Part shown: positions 48,880 through 61,133 of the stretch, one piece after another | Position numbering within the stretch: the stretch's first letter is position 1 | Layout: every line of letters begins with the position of its first letter | IMG/VR virus record: IMGVR_UViG_3300017763_000002 | Location: 140,907-204,906 of that record | Length of the DNA: 64,000 nucleotides | Reading direction: 5' to 3' (one strand) | Translations under genes and position numbers: made by a program | The notes under the pieces: model-generated | What the model saw: only the letters and a program-made list of their open reading frames with translations | Databases searched by the model: none | Told to the model about the DNA's origin: nothing

Positions 48880-51800
48880 TGAACGAAGAAACAGAAAAGT
48901 TTTGGTACGACTCTTATACAGGCACTTATTGGCTTCACGATGAAGAATGGTCAGAGCCTAGAGAGTTCACAGAAGATGAATTAGTTAATGAAGGGATATA
49001 TTTAAATGAGTTCTGCATCGACAATTAAAGTATCTAAAAAATACGATAGATTTGACCTAGAAGAATGTATTACATCTCTATATCAAATAAATGATGACTT
49101 GCAAGTAATGGTCGAAAAAGAATTTGATACAGAAGAAGGATTGACTGAAGACGAAAAATTAAATATAATTAATGGGATGATGGATTTACATAAAATTAAA
49201 TGCGACAAAGCGTTCAAAGTTATGACTGAATTAATTAGCCAAAAAAATTTAAAATAATGGATATAGAAAAAGCGTTACAAATTATAATTGAAGAGGCTGA
49301 AAAAAGCATCACAAGTTCAACAGAAGTCTCTATGGCTAAAAACGAAGCGTTAGTTTTGTCTAAGCAACTGATGAGTTTTATCAGCAACTTAGACGAGCAA
49401 CTAATGTCTCAAGCACCTAAGTTTATCCCAACAGGGATGCCACAAGAAACTTCTCAAGATGAATCTTGAACAGGCTTTTAATATTGTTCTTAATGAAGCG
49501 GAAATATCTGCTTTGGGAGAGCGTACAGACTATCATTTGGAAGTGATTAAAGCCACCGAAGTTCTGCGTTCTTTTTATGAAAGATACGGCAATCATTTTA
49601 AGCACTACGCAGAGGAACTAGAAGTTGATACCGACTAAATCATATATGCACGATTGTTGGGAAAATGGTTTTCCATTAAAAGCGAAAGACCTAAAAACCT
49701 TTCATTCGTATAAAAAAATTAGAAAAAGATTTTCGTATGCTTTTTGGAAGGCAATCGTAGATGATGTAAATATACTACCTTTTAATAAAAGAATCGAAGT
49801 TGTTAGTAATATTTTTACAAGATTAGACGATAGACATAAATTTTTTAGCGAAAAGCAAGCAAGCTTTGAATTAGAATCAATGTCTTTTTGCTTATTAGAA
49901 TCAGAAGGATTAATAAAAAGTGACTAATTATTCTATAATAGAAGGTTGCATTAGACAATCTACAAATAACCCAATAAATAAAACTATGGACTTAAATAAA
50001 TTAATATTAGATGTAATCGACAAGTATGCAGAATCTCAGCCAAATATGGCGAGTGAGGTTTTTCGCAAAAAACTTGCTAGTGAAATTGAAACAGAGGTTG
50101 ACAAGTATTGTTTGACCCTTCTAACTTCTTTAAATAATTAAATATTGAACTTTTTGTTTGTTTCGCTCGTTATATTTGTATGAATACATTTTATATAGAC
50201 GAAGATATAGATCACTTACCCGATTTTACTGATTAAATATTATACTTTACAATCATGATTAAATATATTTTAAATTTGTTTAAGACTAAAAAAACAAAAG
50301 CTGAAGAGCCAAATAACTCTAATGTATATATAAATGAATACATGGGCGATTTCGCAGACTATGATGGAATGGGTAATTGGGGCAGATTTCCACCAATCAA
50401 GAACAAGTAGGATTTTGCTTGATATAAAAAGCAATTTTTTAGATTTGGCAATAAATGGGCGAAGTTTGATCAGGGTTCTAGGTTAATGCACGATATACCA
50501 TGCAAAAAGTCTTGACACATTTTTGAATCTAATCTATTATTATAACCATGAAACAAATCAATATTAACAAATATATTATTGGAAAGAAAAAGCTAGGCAA
50601 AGGTATGCGAGGAGCAAAGGGCGAAGTCGCAGTACCAACAGGGGCTTTTGGCAATGGAAGCAAATACAACAAGAGAAAGAAATGAGCAAAAGAGATGTAG
50701 ATGATATGCGATATGATCTTGCAGAGCGAGAAGCACAGAATATGAATGTCGCAGATATTATAAATTTACTTGTTGATGGATACGAAGGATTAGATAATAT
50801 TTCTGATCTTGAAATTGAAGAAGAATGGAATGACTTATTTGGAGAAAATAAGTAATGAGAGAATATTTAGTATCACAATTAAAAGAATTAATTAAACAAG
50901 ACCAAATACCTCGCCATCACGCACAAGATGTACTTGAGCTTTATGATGATGAATGCGATGACACAAGCGAAAATTCTGCTTGGAATAAAGCACAACAAGA
51001 TATAGATAATATTATTCAAGGAGAATGGGATTTATGAAAATAACAAATAAATGGGACGAAACTTTTGAAGTGAATGTTGGAGATTGGGTTGGTTTCAAAT
51101 CTGATATTGAACAAAGCGGAAAAGTAAAACAGATTCAATCAAGAGGAGCATTGATAGTTGAAAATGAACATGGATTTGATGGAGATTATATCGGTGGAGA
51201 TACCGAAGTATTAATCGGATTCGATCATGTTTGGCAAGAAGCTGATTTTTTGGGTTCTTAAATGAAATTATCTGAAGAAGAAATAAAAGATCATTGGAAA
51301 CATATTAAAGACCTTGAGGCAGAATTAGAATTTCTTTATACTAGAGAGCCTAATGAGCTAGACTATATCGAACACATAAAAAATGTCCTTGACAATCTTT
51401 ATGATAAGCTAAATAATAATAAACATGAAACTTACCAAATATCAAAAAGCTAGATTGCTTGAACATGAGTGGGATATTGTCCAAACTAAAAAGGGGCAGA
51501 ATTGTGCGTGGATTAGTGTTGCCCCCGAAGATGGAGAAATTTTTCAAGCCTGTCTTGATGTTTTTAAACTAACAGGAGATGGGGAAGATGTTAAATTGCT
51601 TGTAGTCGGAACGCAAGAAGGAAACGATGATTAATAATATAATAAATAAAGTTATTACATTTTTTAATCCTAAATACAAAATAAATTTAGCAATCAAGGA
51701 AAGTATAGAAAAAAACGAAAAAATACTTGAAAAACTTGGCGATAAAACTGATTATAATAGTAAGGGCAAATATGGCAAATCTTCAACATCTAACGAATGA

Positions 51801-53252
51801 AAACAATAATTAATATATTTGCATTATTGTTCATTTTTGGATGCAATAATAACCTTAAAACAGAAGCAGACCAATCATTCTCTGAATCAGAACAAATGAA
51901 AGAAGAGGCGGATAAGTTACTAGCTCAAGACAAAAAAAATAAAATGCTAGAATTAGAGTATTTAGAACAAATAAGAGTGGCTCAAGAAAATAATGATACA
52001 GAAGCGTTTGAATTTTTTCTTCAAGAGTATTTTAATGTAGAAAGATTAGAAATTTCTGAAGAATTAAAAAAAGATTCTAATTACTTTCAAGGTGGAGATA
52101 AAGTGAAATATTAATGAAATATTTTTTGATTACAATAGTTTTAAGCGGTTGCTCTTATAAACATAATGAAACATTTGCTAATAATAATTGTTATTGCGTA
52201 GAGACATCAATTCATTGCGATATTTGCAAGTAAACGAGTCAAACAATGAAAAAACTTTGGCTAATATGGGCGAGAACATTAGATCATCGTGTGGGTAAAA
52301 ATGACGAAGATCAACCTGACATTCCAATACTCACATTAAAACAAGCTCGGATTAGTTTATTAATTAGAACAATTATTGTATTGACAAATATGGTAACTTG
52401 TGGTTTTATTATAGCTAATGTAATTAAAAATTGGTAATGAAAATAAATTTAGGAATTAGAGGTAACGAGGATGCAGTCAATCATATACTAATCAAAGTAA
52501 ATGATGATTTTATTTTACAAACTAAAGATAATTTATTTTTTGCGGGAGAAGAGGGTAGAAATAAAACAGGAAAAAACTTAGTTGAATTATTAAATACTTT
52601 AGCAAAAGATCACGAAATATCTGTTCGTAAAAATGTTGCGAAAGAAATTGAGCGAGAATTAAATTTAAATGGAGAAATAAGTAAATATGGGTGAAATAAA
52701 AGAATTATGGGATTTATCTTGGACTGATGGTTTATTGTTGACATTTATGTTGATGGCACTTTATACATATAAGGTATGGATTGATAATAAATTTAAAAAA
52801 TAATTGAACATGAAAAGAGTTGAAGAAGTAAATAGAGAAAAGGTTTTATCTCAAATAATCAAGCGTTGCAAGGAGCTACTGAAAGACGAAAAGTTCTTAT
52901 CCAAAAACGATTGGCAGACAGACACTCTATTGCTCCATTCAGAGAAGTTTCTCAAACAAGAACAAAAAGCTTGACACTATCGCTCGCCTAGTCTAGTATT
53001 ATTACTATGAACACGGCACAAGCATTTTTAGATAGTATCAATGAGTCAATCGCACATGGAGCAAAGATGGCAAACTCAATCCCTCGGAAGGGTCTTAATG
53101 TCTATCTTGACAAGTCAACAATGGTGATGCAACAATTTGTTGACCCTAGTTCTTTTGACAAAGCAAAACAAGCTACGGCTCGCAAGGGTCAGTCTAGTAT
53201 TCTTAGAATGCAGATGGATGGCAACGGAACAACTCAAACAAAAAGTTGTTGA
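48880..53252 (+). other. Dense run of small early-type hypothetical CDS
   Basis: ~20 co-oriented 40-105 aa ORFs with interspersed TTGACA promoters; 51797-52114 has a lipoprotein-like signal (LFIFGC). Confidence 0.6.
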
Positions 53253-53283
53253 CAGATCAAATCATATATGTCATATTAAAACA

Positions 53284-54471
53284 ATGGAAACACTAGAAAA
53301 ATTATACAAAATAGACTCGCAAGGCAGACTTAGAGAATGGACTATGCACATTGACGATGATGCTTTTTATGCGATTAAAGGCTTGGTTGGAATGAAATTA
53401 ACTCAAGACAAACCAACAACTTCTACTGCTAAAAATATAGGCAGAAGTAATGAGACTACCAATTCAGAGCAAGCGGTTTTAGAAGCAATGGCAAAGTGGG
53501 AAAAGAAGCTTAAAGAAGGCTATGCTAAGACCCCCGAAGATGCAGAGTCAAAGTCTTACTTTGATCCTATGCTTGCACAATCATACGATGATCGTAAATC
53601 TGAAGTTACAGAGCAATACGGCAAAAGTGTTGTTTATTGTCAGCCAAAGCTTGATGGTATTCGTTGCATTGTACGCAAAGAAGCAGATGAAGTTGTCGCT
53701 AGAACTCGCAATGGTAGAGTTATTGATGCAGTACCACACATTACAGAAGAACTTTCTCAATATTTTGACGATGACCCCAAGATGGTTCTTGATGGTGAAT
53801 TATATAATCACGACTTGAAACACGATTTCAATAAAATAGTTTCATTAGTAAGAAAACAAAAACCTGTTCGTAGTAAATCAGATACAGATAAATCTTTTCA
53901 GAAGAAAATAGATAAATTCAGTAATGCTTTGATTGAATCGAAATCTCTTGTTCAGTATTGGATATACGATATTCCGCAAACAAGTATAAATAAATCAACA
54001 GATTTATTCTCAGAGCGTTTCTTTGGTATGGATATATTTAATAGTGAAAATATAAAAATGGTTAATACCCAAGTTGTTTTTGACCAAGATGATCTTGATG
54101 ATATATATAAACGATATGTAGGTAGTGGTTACGAAGGTCAAATGATTCGCATTAATCATGGATACGAACAAGGCAAGCGTAGTGCAAAACTACTCAAGCG
54201 TAAAGACTTTATAGATGCAGAGTATCTTGTAACAGATATTGAAGAGGGGAATGGAAACAGGACAGGTACGGCAAAGCACCTTGTATGCTATTGCCCCAAG
54301 CAAGATAAATATTTTAATTCAAATATTAAGGGTAACTTTGATTATCTAGCAGAAATTCTAAATAATCGTGAAGAATATATTGGCAAATATGCTACAATTA
54401 AATTCTTTGAATTAACTCCCGATGGTATTCCTCGATTTCCTTATGCTTTATCATTCAGAGATTACGAGTAA
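53284..54471 (+). CDS. ATP-dependent DNA ligase
   Basis: PMLA, QPKLDGIR (motif I), LDGELY, YEGQMIR, KRS..LLKRK, GIPRFP; start METLEKLY after TTGACA-N17-CATATT. Confidence 0.92.
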   Translation: METLEKLYKIDSQGRLREWTMHIDDDAFYAIKGLVGMKLTQDKPTTSTAKNIGRSNETTNSEQAVLEAMAKWEKKLKEGYAKTPEDAESKSYFDPMLAQSYDDRKSEVTEQYGKSVVYCQPKLDGIRCIVRKEADEVVARTRNGRVIDAVPHITEELSQYFDDDPKMVLDGELYNHDLKHDFNKIVSLVRKQKPVRSKSDTDKSFQKKIDKFSNALIESKSLVQYWIYDIPQTSINKSTDLFSERFFGMDIFNSENIKMVNTQVVFDQDDLDDIYKRYVGSGYEGQMIRINHGYEQGKRSAKLLKRKDFIDAEYLVTDIEEGNGNRTGTAKHLVCYCPKQDKYFNSNIKGNFDYLAEILNNREEYIGKYATIKFFELTPDGIPRFPYALSFRDYE

Positions 54472-54564
54472 ATTTTAATCTAACTCACTTATAATGAAAG
54501 AGTTATAAGTCTTTTCAAAAAAATGCTTGACAATCAAGCACTTTTCCTCAATACTTATTAAATC

Positions 54565-55335
54565 ATGCAAATCACACTTACAGAAAAATTATTAAATTTT
54601 GATTTAACGAATAGCTTCGATCAGATGTTATTTCCCTTTAAACAAAATGTCGAGCAAGCTCAAGCATTGCAAAAAACAGATCAACTAAAAAGCGTTGATC
54701 GTTTCTTTGACAATCTTACGCTCAAGCTAGTCAAGACAGAAACCGATTATTGGGATAACCTCAAGGTTGACACTCATGCAGAGTGCTTCAAGCGTTGGGT
54801 GTTTGCGATCATGTCTGTTCATACCACATGGGAATCTAATGTGCGTGGATACGAATACGCAACTAAAGATATGTCATGGACTCTTGACAAAGATGTTCTA
54901 GCAAACATGGTTACAGACGCTAGAGTCGGCATCAACAAGCGTAGAAACATTGGCTTATGGCAACTCGTAGAAAAGTTTCGTGAGAATCCAAATCAGTTTT
55001 ACAAGCAAGATGATGAAACATGGCAAGAGTTTCGCAATCGTATGATTGGTTCAATTTATGGTCTTGGCAACGCAAAGACTACTTATGCTATTGCATTGTC
55101 AAATCCAACTGATTCGCAACTATGTTGCCTAGATGTTCATTTGCTTCGCTTCATGGGTCACGATCTTTCTAATGGTCACCCATCAAACCTTGCAGTTTAC
55201 GAGCAGATGGAGAACGAGTGGCTTGATCGTTGCACCAAGTATGGTGTTGCCCCGAATGTCGCTAGAGAAATTTATTGGAACAAAGTTCAAGGCAGAAGAA
55301 ATTCTCGCTATTGGAGTTATTGCTTAGAAAAATAA
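54565..55335 (+). CDS. HhH-superfamily DNA glycosylase/lyase-like protein
   Basis: IYGLGNAKTTY helix-hairpin-helix; CCLDVHLLR with catalytic-type Asp. Confidence 0.7.
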   Translation: MQITLTEKLLNFDLTNSFDQMLFPFKQNVEQAQALQKTDQLKSVDRFFDNLTLKLVKTETDYWDNLKVDTHAECFKRWVFAIMSVHTTWESNVRGYEYATKDMSWTLDKDVLANMVTDARVGINKRRNIGLWQLVEKFRENPNQFYKQDDETWQEFRNRMIGSIYGLGNAKTTYAIALSNPTDSQLCCLDVHLLRFMGHDLSNGHPSNLAVYEQMENEWLDRCTKYGVAPNVAREIYWNKVQGRRNSRYWSYCLEK

Positions 55336-55336
55336 T

Positions 55337-56461
55337 ATGACTAAAGAATATAAAATTAATCTTGGTTTGACTGATTCAGATATATCAGAAATTAAAGATG
55401 GTGGAATAAAATTGCATTTTCTTCCGACTGATGATGTTGAATATGAACAAAAAATTACTATCTCACTTAATCACGCTCAAGATGATGCACCTTTATCAGA
55501 CTGCATGAATTTAGATGTTGACACATGGAGAGACTTAGATTAGGATTATTAACATGAATTATTGGAATACCAAACAAATACATTGGCATGATTTCAGCCC
55601 CGAAAGTATCTTTATTAAGAGAAATAAAATTAGCAGTCAATTTGACGATGAAATTCAAACTGCATCATATACTACCAAAGGTAGTTTCGTAAATGTGCTT
55701 ACAGACAATCCACATGGAAAATATGGTGGAGTTGTCAAGAAGGCAGTTGGAGTATGCGTTCGATTGCATAGCTTGAAAGATGATTATCCTTGTGCAGAAA
55801 TTGACTTCGTAAAATATAATATTAAGAAACAATATTCTAATGGAGCAGACAAGTGGACTTCGCCTAATGCTATTGCATATATAACAAGCAATCATAGACA
55901 TGGAGAATACAAGCGTGATGCCCAAGGAGATTGGGTTATGGACTATGATCCGATTGTTGCTAGAGATGACGAAGGTTACCAAGTTCACTTTTCTGCAAAT
56001 CAATCTCAATATGGTGGAGATCGCAGAGAATGCCAAGAAATGCTTGATATATCTTGGGCGGTAGTAGATTTTCTAATAGAAAGAGTATTACCTTTGAACA
56101 GAGAAAATAAAATGTTGACAAGCGTTTAACATTCTGATTGAATACTATTATGACAAACGAAAAAACAGAAACCGCTGAAGATATTTTAGAGACAATCAGA
56201 AAAGTTCGTGCGGAACGCATCGAACAACTTCTTGAAACGATTGCAGACTTGAATCCCGAAGCACCTGTTCTTGAGGGTCTTGATGATTCTATCGAAGGAT
56301 ACGATAAAGATGGTCGCATTATTTATAGCGTACATAACATTATAGAGACTTTAATAGAACGAGATGAAATGAGCGAAGAAGAAGCATGGGAGCATTATTC
56401 TTTCAACATCGAAGGTTCTTATTTGGGAGAATACACTCCAATCTTTTTATATCACGAATAG
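55337..56461 (+). other. Hypothetical CDS (55337-55543, 55554-56129, 56150-56461)
   Basis: The last carries GLDD.I.G...EEAWEH..FNI.G.Y.G..TP, common in phages. Confidence 0.6.
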
Positions 56462-56698
56462 TGTAATTATATTTAACAATGGAAAAGCTAAAACAACTAA
56501 TTAATTTAAAAATAGAAGAGATCGAAAACTACAATATCGACACTCAAGAGAATGAAGAAAGATATATACATGAGATAAATTGTCTTATGCAAACCAAGTA
56601 TCTTCTCTTTGGTGACGAACAAATTTTGGTCTAAACAAAAAAAAATGTTGACATATTTCACAAACCTGTCAGACTTATTATATAACACTTAGAAAATT

Positions 56699-58993
56699 AT
56701 GATTATCACACAAGAAAAAACTAAACGAGTCGTATCGTCTCACGATTTCGATTCTGTAAATTGTACTATTGATGCCGAAGATATGCGTTATGTCGCTTCT
56801 CTTCTTCGCAACAACTATTCCAATCCACCTCTCGCAGTTGTGCGTGAGATTAGTGCAAACGCATTGGATGCAAACCAAGAAGCAAATGCTACTCGCAAGG
56901 TCGAGATTACTTTGCCATCTAAGTTTAATCCAAACTTTTGTGTTCGTGACTTTGGTAATGGTTTAAGCAAAGAAGATATATTTGGTTTATATTCAAAGTA
57001 CGGCAAAAGTACCAAGCGTAATTCCAATTCATATATTGGTGCTTTTGGTATCGGTAAATTTGCTCCATTATCTTATGGAAACAATTTTACTTGCGTATCT
57101 TTTCACGATGGAACAAAAACTTCTTACAATGTTTTCGTCAATGAAGATGACGATACTAAGATTGTGGTTTTACAAGAACCTCAACCATCCAACGAACCAA
57201 GTGGTTTGTCGATAGAAGTTGCCATCGCAGACGAAGATGTAGACAAGTTCAGAGAAATTGTCAAAGCGTTCTTTCGATTCTTTGATGCAAAAGAAATGCC
57301 TAAATTCATTGGCATTGGCGATGACGAACAATTTTTTGACAAGTACGAGGAAGTGCTTGTTGCCAAGGACAATTCTTGGTTTATCATTGATGACAAGCAA
57401 GACTATTGGAGACGAAGTCATTCTCAATCTCATGCTTTCATGGGTAGAGTGCATTATCCTATTAACACTAATTCTATTGATTTCAAAAATTATGTAGAAG
57501 AAGATTACGATTATGCTCCACTAAAGAATATATGTGATGAAGACAATGTCTATCTTAGATTCGATATTGGTGAACTAAAATTGCATCATAGTCGTGAGTC
57601 TTTAGAGTATAACAAAGCTACGCAAAAAGCTATTGTAGAACATCTTAGGAAAATGTACGATGATATTCAAGAGATTGCCAAGGAGAAACTTGGTGGAGCA
57701 ACTTGCTTATGGGATGCGAAAGCAAAGTATGCCCAAGTTATAAATGCTTTACCATACGAACTACGAAGCATCTTTCAAAATAGTTTTAAATGGAAAGGTA
57801 TTCCAATTTTGGGTGCAACCTTTCATAGAAACTATCAGTACAATGAAGATATTACTATTACTGAATATACTAAAGTCGATGACAAAGATGTTACTGATGG
57901 ATATAAAGTAAGAAGTCAAAAAGTAAGTAGAGTTGATGTTCATGTAAACAACAGACTCATCTTGCAAGACATTGCATCTTCGCATGGTAATGCTCTACGA
58001 GCAAGAACTATGTTCAATACTGATGATTCTATTGTGGGTGTATATGTCGTATCTTATACTGATAGTGGTAGTCAATATATGTTTGGTGATGAAGATGGTT
58101 GGCAACTCAATCTTGTATCCAAGAATAATTTACATTATACTAGCAATGTTGAGAAAGCAAAACTCAAGCAAGGTACGAGATCAAGTGGCGAAAGTCGTGC
58201 ATCTGTTCCAACTTTCCTATATGATCCTTGTGGTTACAGAAATTCAGATCAATGGAGAAATGCTTCGGAAGTTGAAGAACTTGAGAAAGACTTAGACGAT
58301 GATTCCTATCTTGTATATATTTCTATTAGTAACTATAAACCATGCGGTAAAATTGGATATGAATTAGATTCATTGAAGCGTGACTACAAAGGTCTAAAAG
58401 CATTATTCAAGAATCTTGGAGATACAAACAAAGGTAACTTTGAAGTTTATGGCATCCGTAAATCAGATGTAAAGAATCTCGATAAATCCAAATGGGTCGA
58501 ATGGCAAGATCATCGCATCAAGGTAGCAAAAGGTGCATTGCTTCGCAGAAAAACCGATCTACTGCGTGGAGAGCGTAAAATCGCTTATCAAGAGCATAGA
58601 CATGAAATGTCAAATGTTAAGAAGCTAGAAAATGCTTTAAGTAATACAACTTTTAGAAATCTTGTGAAAAAGACTCTTGGTACAGATCACGATATTTTTC
58701 AAGCAATGACAATTTTATGTGATTCTCAAAACGATGACATAGTTTTGACTACATTGTACCAACTCAAAAAGTTAGTAGAAGATCAAGACAAAGATTGGTT
58801 CGACAAGCATTTCACTTCTCAATATAAATGGAAGAGTTTCGATTATCTCTGTAAAGATATTGATGACAAATACCCATTACTTGCGAATATATGTTCAAGA
58901 GTTTACGGATGGATAGATTACAAAGAGAATGACTTTGGTAAGAATCTTATTGATTATATTTCTATGTGTGATAACAAAGGGGAAGAGGCATGA
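56699..58993 (+). CDS. rIIA: RIIA-like protein (N-terminal GHKL ATPase)
   Basis: YSNP..AVVREISANALDA, VRDFG.GLS, STKR.SN..IGAFGIGK, SRESL.Y; adjacent to rIIB. Confidence 0.9.
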   Translation: MIITQEKTKRVVSSHDFDSVNCTIDAEDMRYVASLLRNNYSNPPLAVVREISANALDANQEANATRKVEITLPSKFNPNFCVRDFGNGLSKEDIFGLYSKYGKSTKRNSNSYIGAFGIGKFAPLSYGNNFTCVSFHDGTKTSYNVFVNEDDDTKIVVLQEPQPSNEPSGLSIEVAIADEDVDKFREIVKAFFRFFDAKEMPKFIGIGDDEQFFDKYEEVLVAKDNSWFIIDDKQDYWRRSHSQSHAFMGRVHYPINTNSIDFKNYVEEDYDYAPLKNICDEDNVYLRFDIGELKLHHSRESLEYNKATQKAIVEHLRKMYDDIQEIAKEKLGGATCLWDAKAKYAQVINALPYELRSIFQNSFKWKGIPILGATFHRNYQYNEDITITEYTKVDDKDVTDGYKVRSQKVSRVDVHVNNRLILQDIASSHGNALRARTMFNTDDSIVGVYVVSYTDSGSQYMFGDEDGWQLNLVSKNNLHYTSNVEKAKLKQGTRSSGESRASVPTFLYDPCGYRNSDQWRNASEVEELEKDLDDDSYLVYISISNYKPCGKIGYELDSLKRDYKGLKALFKNLGDTNKGNFEVYGIRKSDVKNLDKSKWVEWQDHRIKVAKGALLRRKTDLLRGERKIAYQEHRHEMSNVKKLENALSNTTFRNLVKKTLGTDHDIFQAMTILCDSQNDDIVLTTLYQLKKLVEDQDKDWFDKHFTSQYKWKSFDYLCKDIDDKYPLLANICSRVYGWIDYKENDFGKNLIDYISMCDNKGEEA

Positions 58994-59018
58994 AAATGCC
59001 TCTCCCCGAATCTTTTTT
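58979..59018 (+). terminator. Hairpin/terminator overlapping rIIA stop
   Basis: GGGGAAGAGGCAT-GAAA-ATGCCTCTCCCC followed by a T-run and a new TTGACT promoter. Confidence 0.65.
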
Positions 59019-59072
59019 CTTGACTTTAACAACAATTCAAACTACTATTATATATAACAAAGGATAAAAATT

Positions 59073-60179
59073 ATGAGCGAAAAATTAGCGTATAACTTGA
59101 GCGAGGATTCCATTACTATTTTTTATGATGGAAAACCTTACACGATCCGAAAGGACAATGCCAACTTCTCAGCTTTGCGATCCGCAATATTTGAAGGTCG
59201 TTACGAAGATGTTCCCGAACTGCTTGATGTAAAGAAAGCAATTACGGACTTCGTAGAGGGCGATGTAGAGGTTAGAGACGAAGTGCTATATTACAAGGGT
59301 AAGCATCGACTACATGGGGTAGTTGTTGACAAACTCTTGGATATGTTGCGTAGTGGAATGAAAGATTCTACTCCGATTACTAACTACATTGGAAGGTTGA
59401 TGAACAATCCATCTTCTAATTCCGTTGATGAACTTTATACTTTTCTTGGGTATCGGTCGCTTCCGATTACTCCCGATGGAAAGGTATTGGGCTACAAAGG
59501 AGTTCAAGGTAACTTTTGGAGTAACACAGGTAATGCCGACACTATCGTTGTGCAAGGTCAAACCAATGATCGTCACCAAATCTACAATGGAGTCGGTGAA
59601 ACCATCGAGATTCAGCGTAGAAGTTGCGATGACAACAAGGATCATCATTGTTCACATGGCTTGCATATTGGTTCGTACGATTATGCAAATAATTGGGCGA
59701 GTAGCGATGGCAAATTGCTTCTTGTGGAGTTTGATCCTCAAGATGCAGTTAGCGTTCCAACCGATTGTGATTTTCAGAAATTAAGGGTTTCTAAGTACAA
59801 GGTAGTCGCAGACATTAGTGATTCTCGTCAAGAGCTTGATAAGGTAGTCTACGAGGCTAATAAGCCTATCTACGGAAGCGACAATGATTCAGATGACTAT
59901 GAGCATGATGAATCTGAAGTGGAAGCAGATTGGGATGCCAACGATGAACCTTTTGATGATTCAGAAGATGCAATCTCTAGACTCTCTGTTAGAAACTACA
60001 TTGAAAACAAAATGGAGAATGGCGAAGAAGTAACTCTCAAGCATATCGCTGATTTGAAAGTCAGTCGTGAAGAAGGTTGGAGAGTGCGTGATATTGCAAT
60101 TCTTCTTGGAGACATGGGTTTTGATATAGAAGAAGATGAAGATAAAATCATGTCAAATTGGAGAGTTGTGGAATTGTGA
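59073..60179 (+). CDS. rIIB: RIIB-like protein
   Basis: L..NPS..SVDELY.FL....LPITPDG..LGYK.V; CSHGLH.G...YA; P.D.VSVP.D....K.RV..Y.V. Confidence 0.9.
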   Translation: MSEKLAYNLSEDSITIFYDGKPYTIRKDNANFSALRSAIFEGRYEDVPELLDVKKAITDFVEGDVEVRDEVLYYKGKHRLHGVVVDKLLDMLRSGMKDSTPITNYIGRLMNNPSSNSVDELYTFLGYRSLPITPDGKVLGYKGVQGNFWSNTGNADTIVVQGQTNDRHQIYNGVGETIEIQRRSCDDNKDHHCSHGLHIGSYDYANNWASSDGKLLLVEFDPQDAVSVPTDCDFQKLRVSKYKVVADISDSRQELDKVVYEANKPIYGSDNDSDDYEHDESEVEADWDANDEPFDDSEDAISRLSVRNYIENKMENGEEVTLKHIADLKVSREEGWRVRDIAILLGDMGFDIEEDEDKIMSNWRVVEL

Positions 60180-60666
60180 TGGAAACATTAGTTAAAAATA
60201 AATTAATAGATTCGATTGGACAGGCAGATTCAGCAAAAGTGGATGCTTCTTGGGCAATTCTTAAATATAAAGAAATTGGGATTTATAGAAAAGTTGCTTG
60301 TCTATGTGAATTATATAATATATCTTTAGAAGATGTAGTTCAAGCATTACCTCAAGATGATGAAGGAAGATTGCTAGATTTTAAAACTAGAAAAATCATT
60401 CACGATTCATTGCTCGCAAGATCGTGAACGAAGAACAAGAGCTTCAAATTCATATCTTACAACAAGAGCTAACGCAAATATTGGAACGAATAAGCGAGGT
60501 GCATGATGATCTCACAAGTCAAGAGCAAGTCAGAGACTATCTTGCTGACTTAATCAGCACATTAGGGTTCTTTCATAGAAGAAAAAATTATTTCAGAATG
60601 AAATATGACCTCACTCATGCTATCGCTTTTCTTCCAAGAGCGTTCCCGATCATGGAAGATTTCTAA
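60158..60666 (+). other. Two small hypothetical CDS (~60179-60427, 60424-60666)
   Basis: Overlapping ORFs after rIIB. Confidence 0.5.
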
Positions 60667-60712
60667 AATAAGCTTGACCTTTTAATTAAATTAAATTAAT
60701 ATTATATACATC

Positions 60713-61126
60713 ATGGGATTAGATCAATACGCATATTCAAAAGATTCAAATGGCGAGGAACAGGAAATCGCATATTGGAGAAAGCACAACCGACTGCAAG
60801 GTTGGATGGAACAACTATGGGAAGATAAGGGTAGACCAAATTTTCTTGATGGTGCTGAAGAGACAGGCATGGGAGACTTTAATTGCGTTCCACTTGCAAT
60901 CAACGAGGAAGATTTAGATAGTCTTGAAGATAATGTTTGCGGTAAGACCTTGCCCGATACTCATGGATTCTTTTTCGGTGATGATTCATTTGAATGGCAA
61001 GATGAGAACGGAAACTCTTTTGAGGAGAATGATTATTATTACAAAGAAGATGATATTGACTTTATAGAAAAAGCAAGACAAGCTTTGAAAGAGAAAAAAG
61101 AAGTTTATTATAATTGTTGGTGGTAA
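60713..61126 (+). CDS. Conserved phage hypothetical protein
   Basis: MGLDQYAY...EIAYWRKHN.L.GWM...FNC...GFFFG...VYY..WW family signature. Confidence 0.75.
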   Translation: MGLDQYAYSKDSNGEEQEIAYWRKHNRLQGWMEQLWEDKGRPNFLDGAEETGMGDFNCVPLAINEEDLDSLEDNVCGKTLPDTHGFFFGDDSFEWQDENGNSFEENDYYYKEDDIDFIEKARQALKEKKEVYYNCWW

Positions 61127-61133
61127 ATATATA

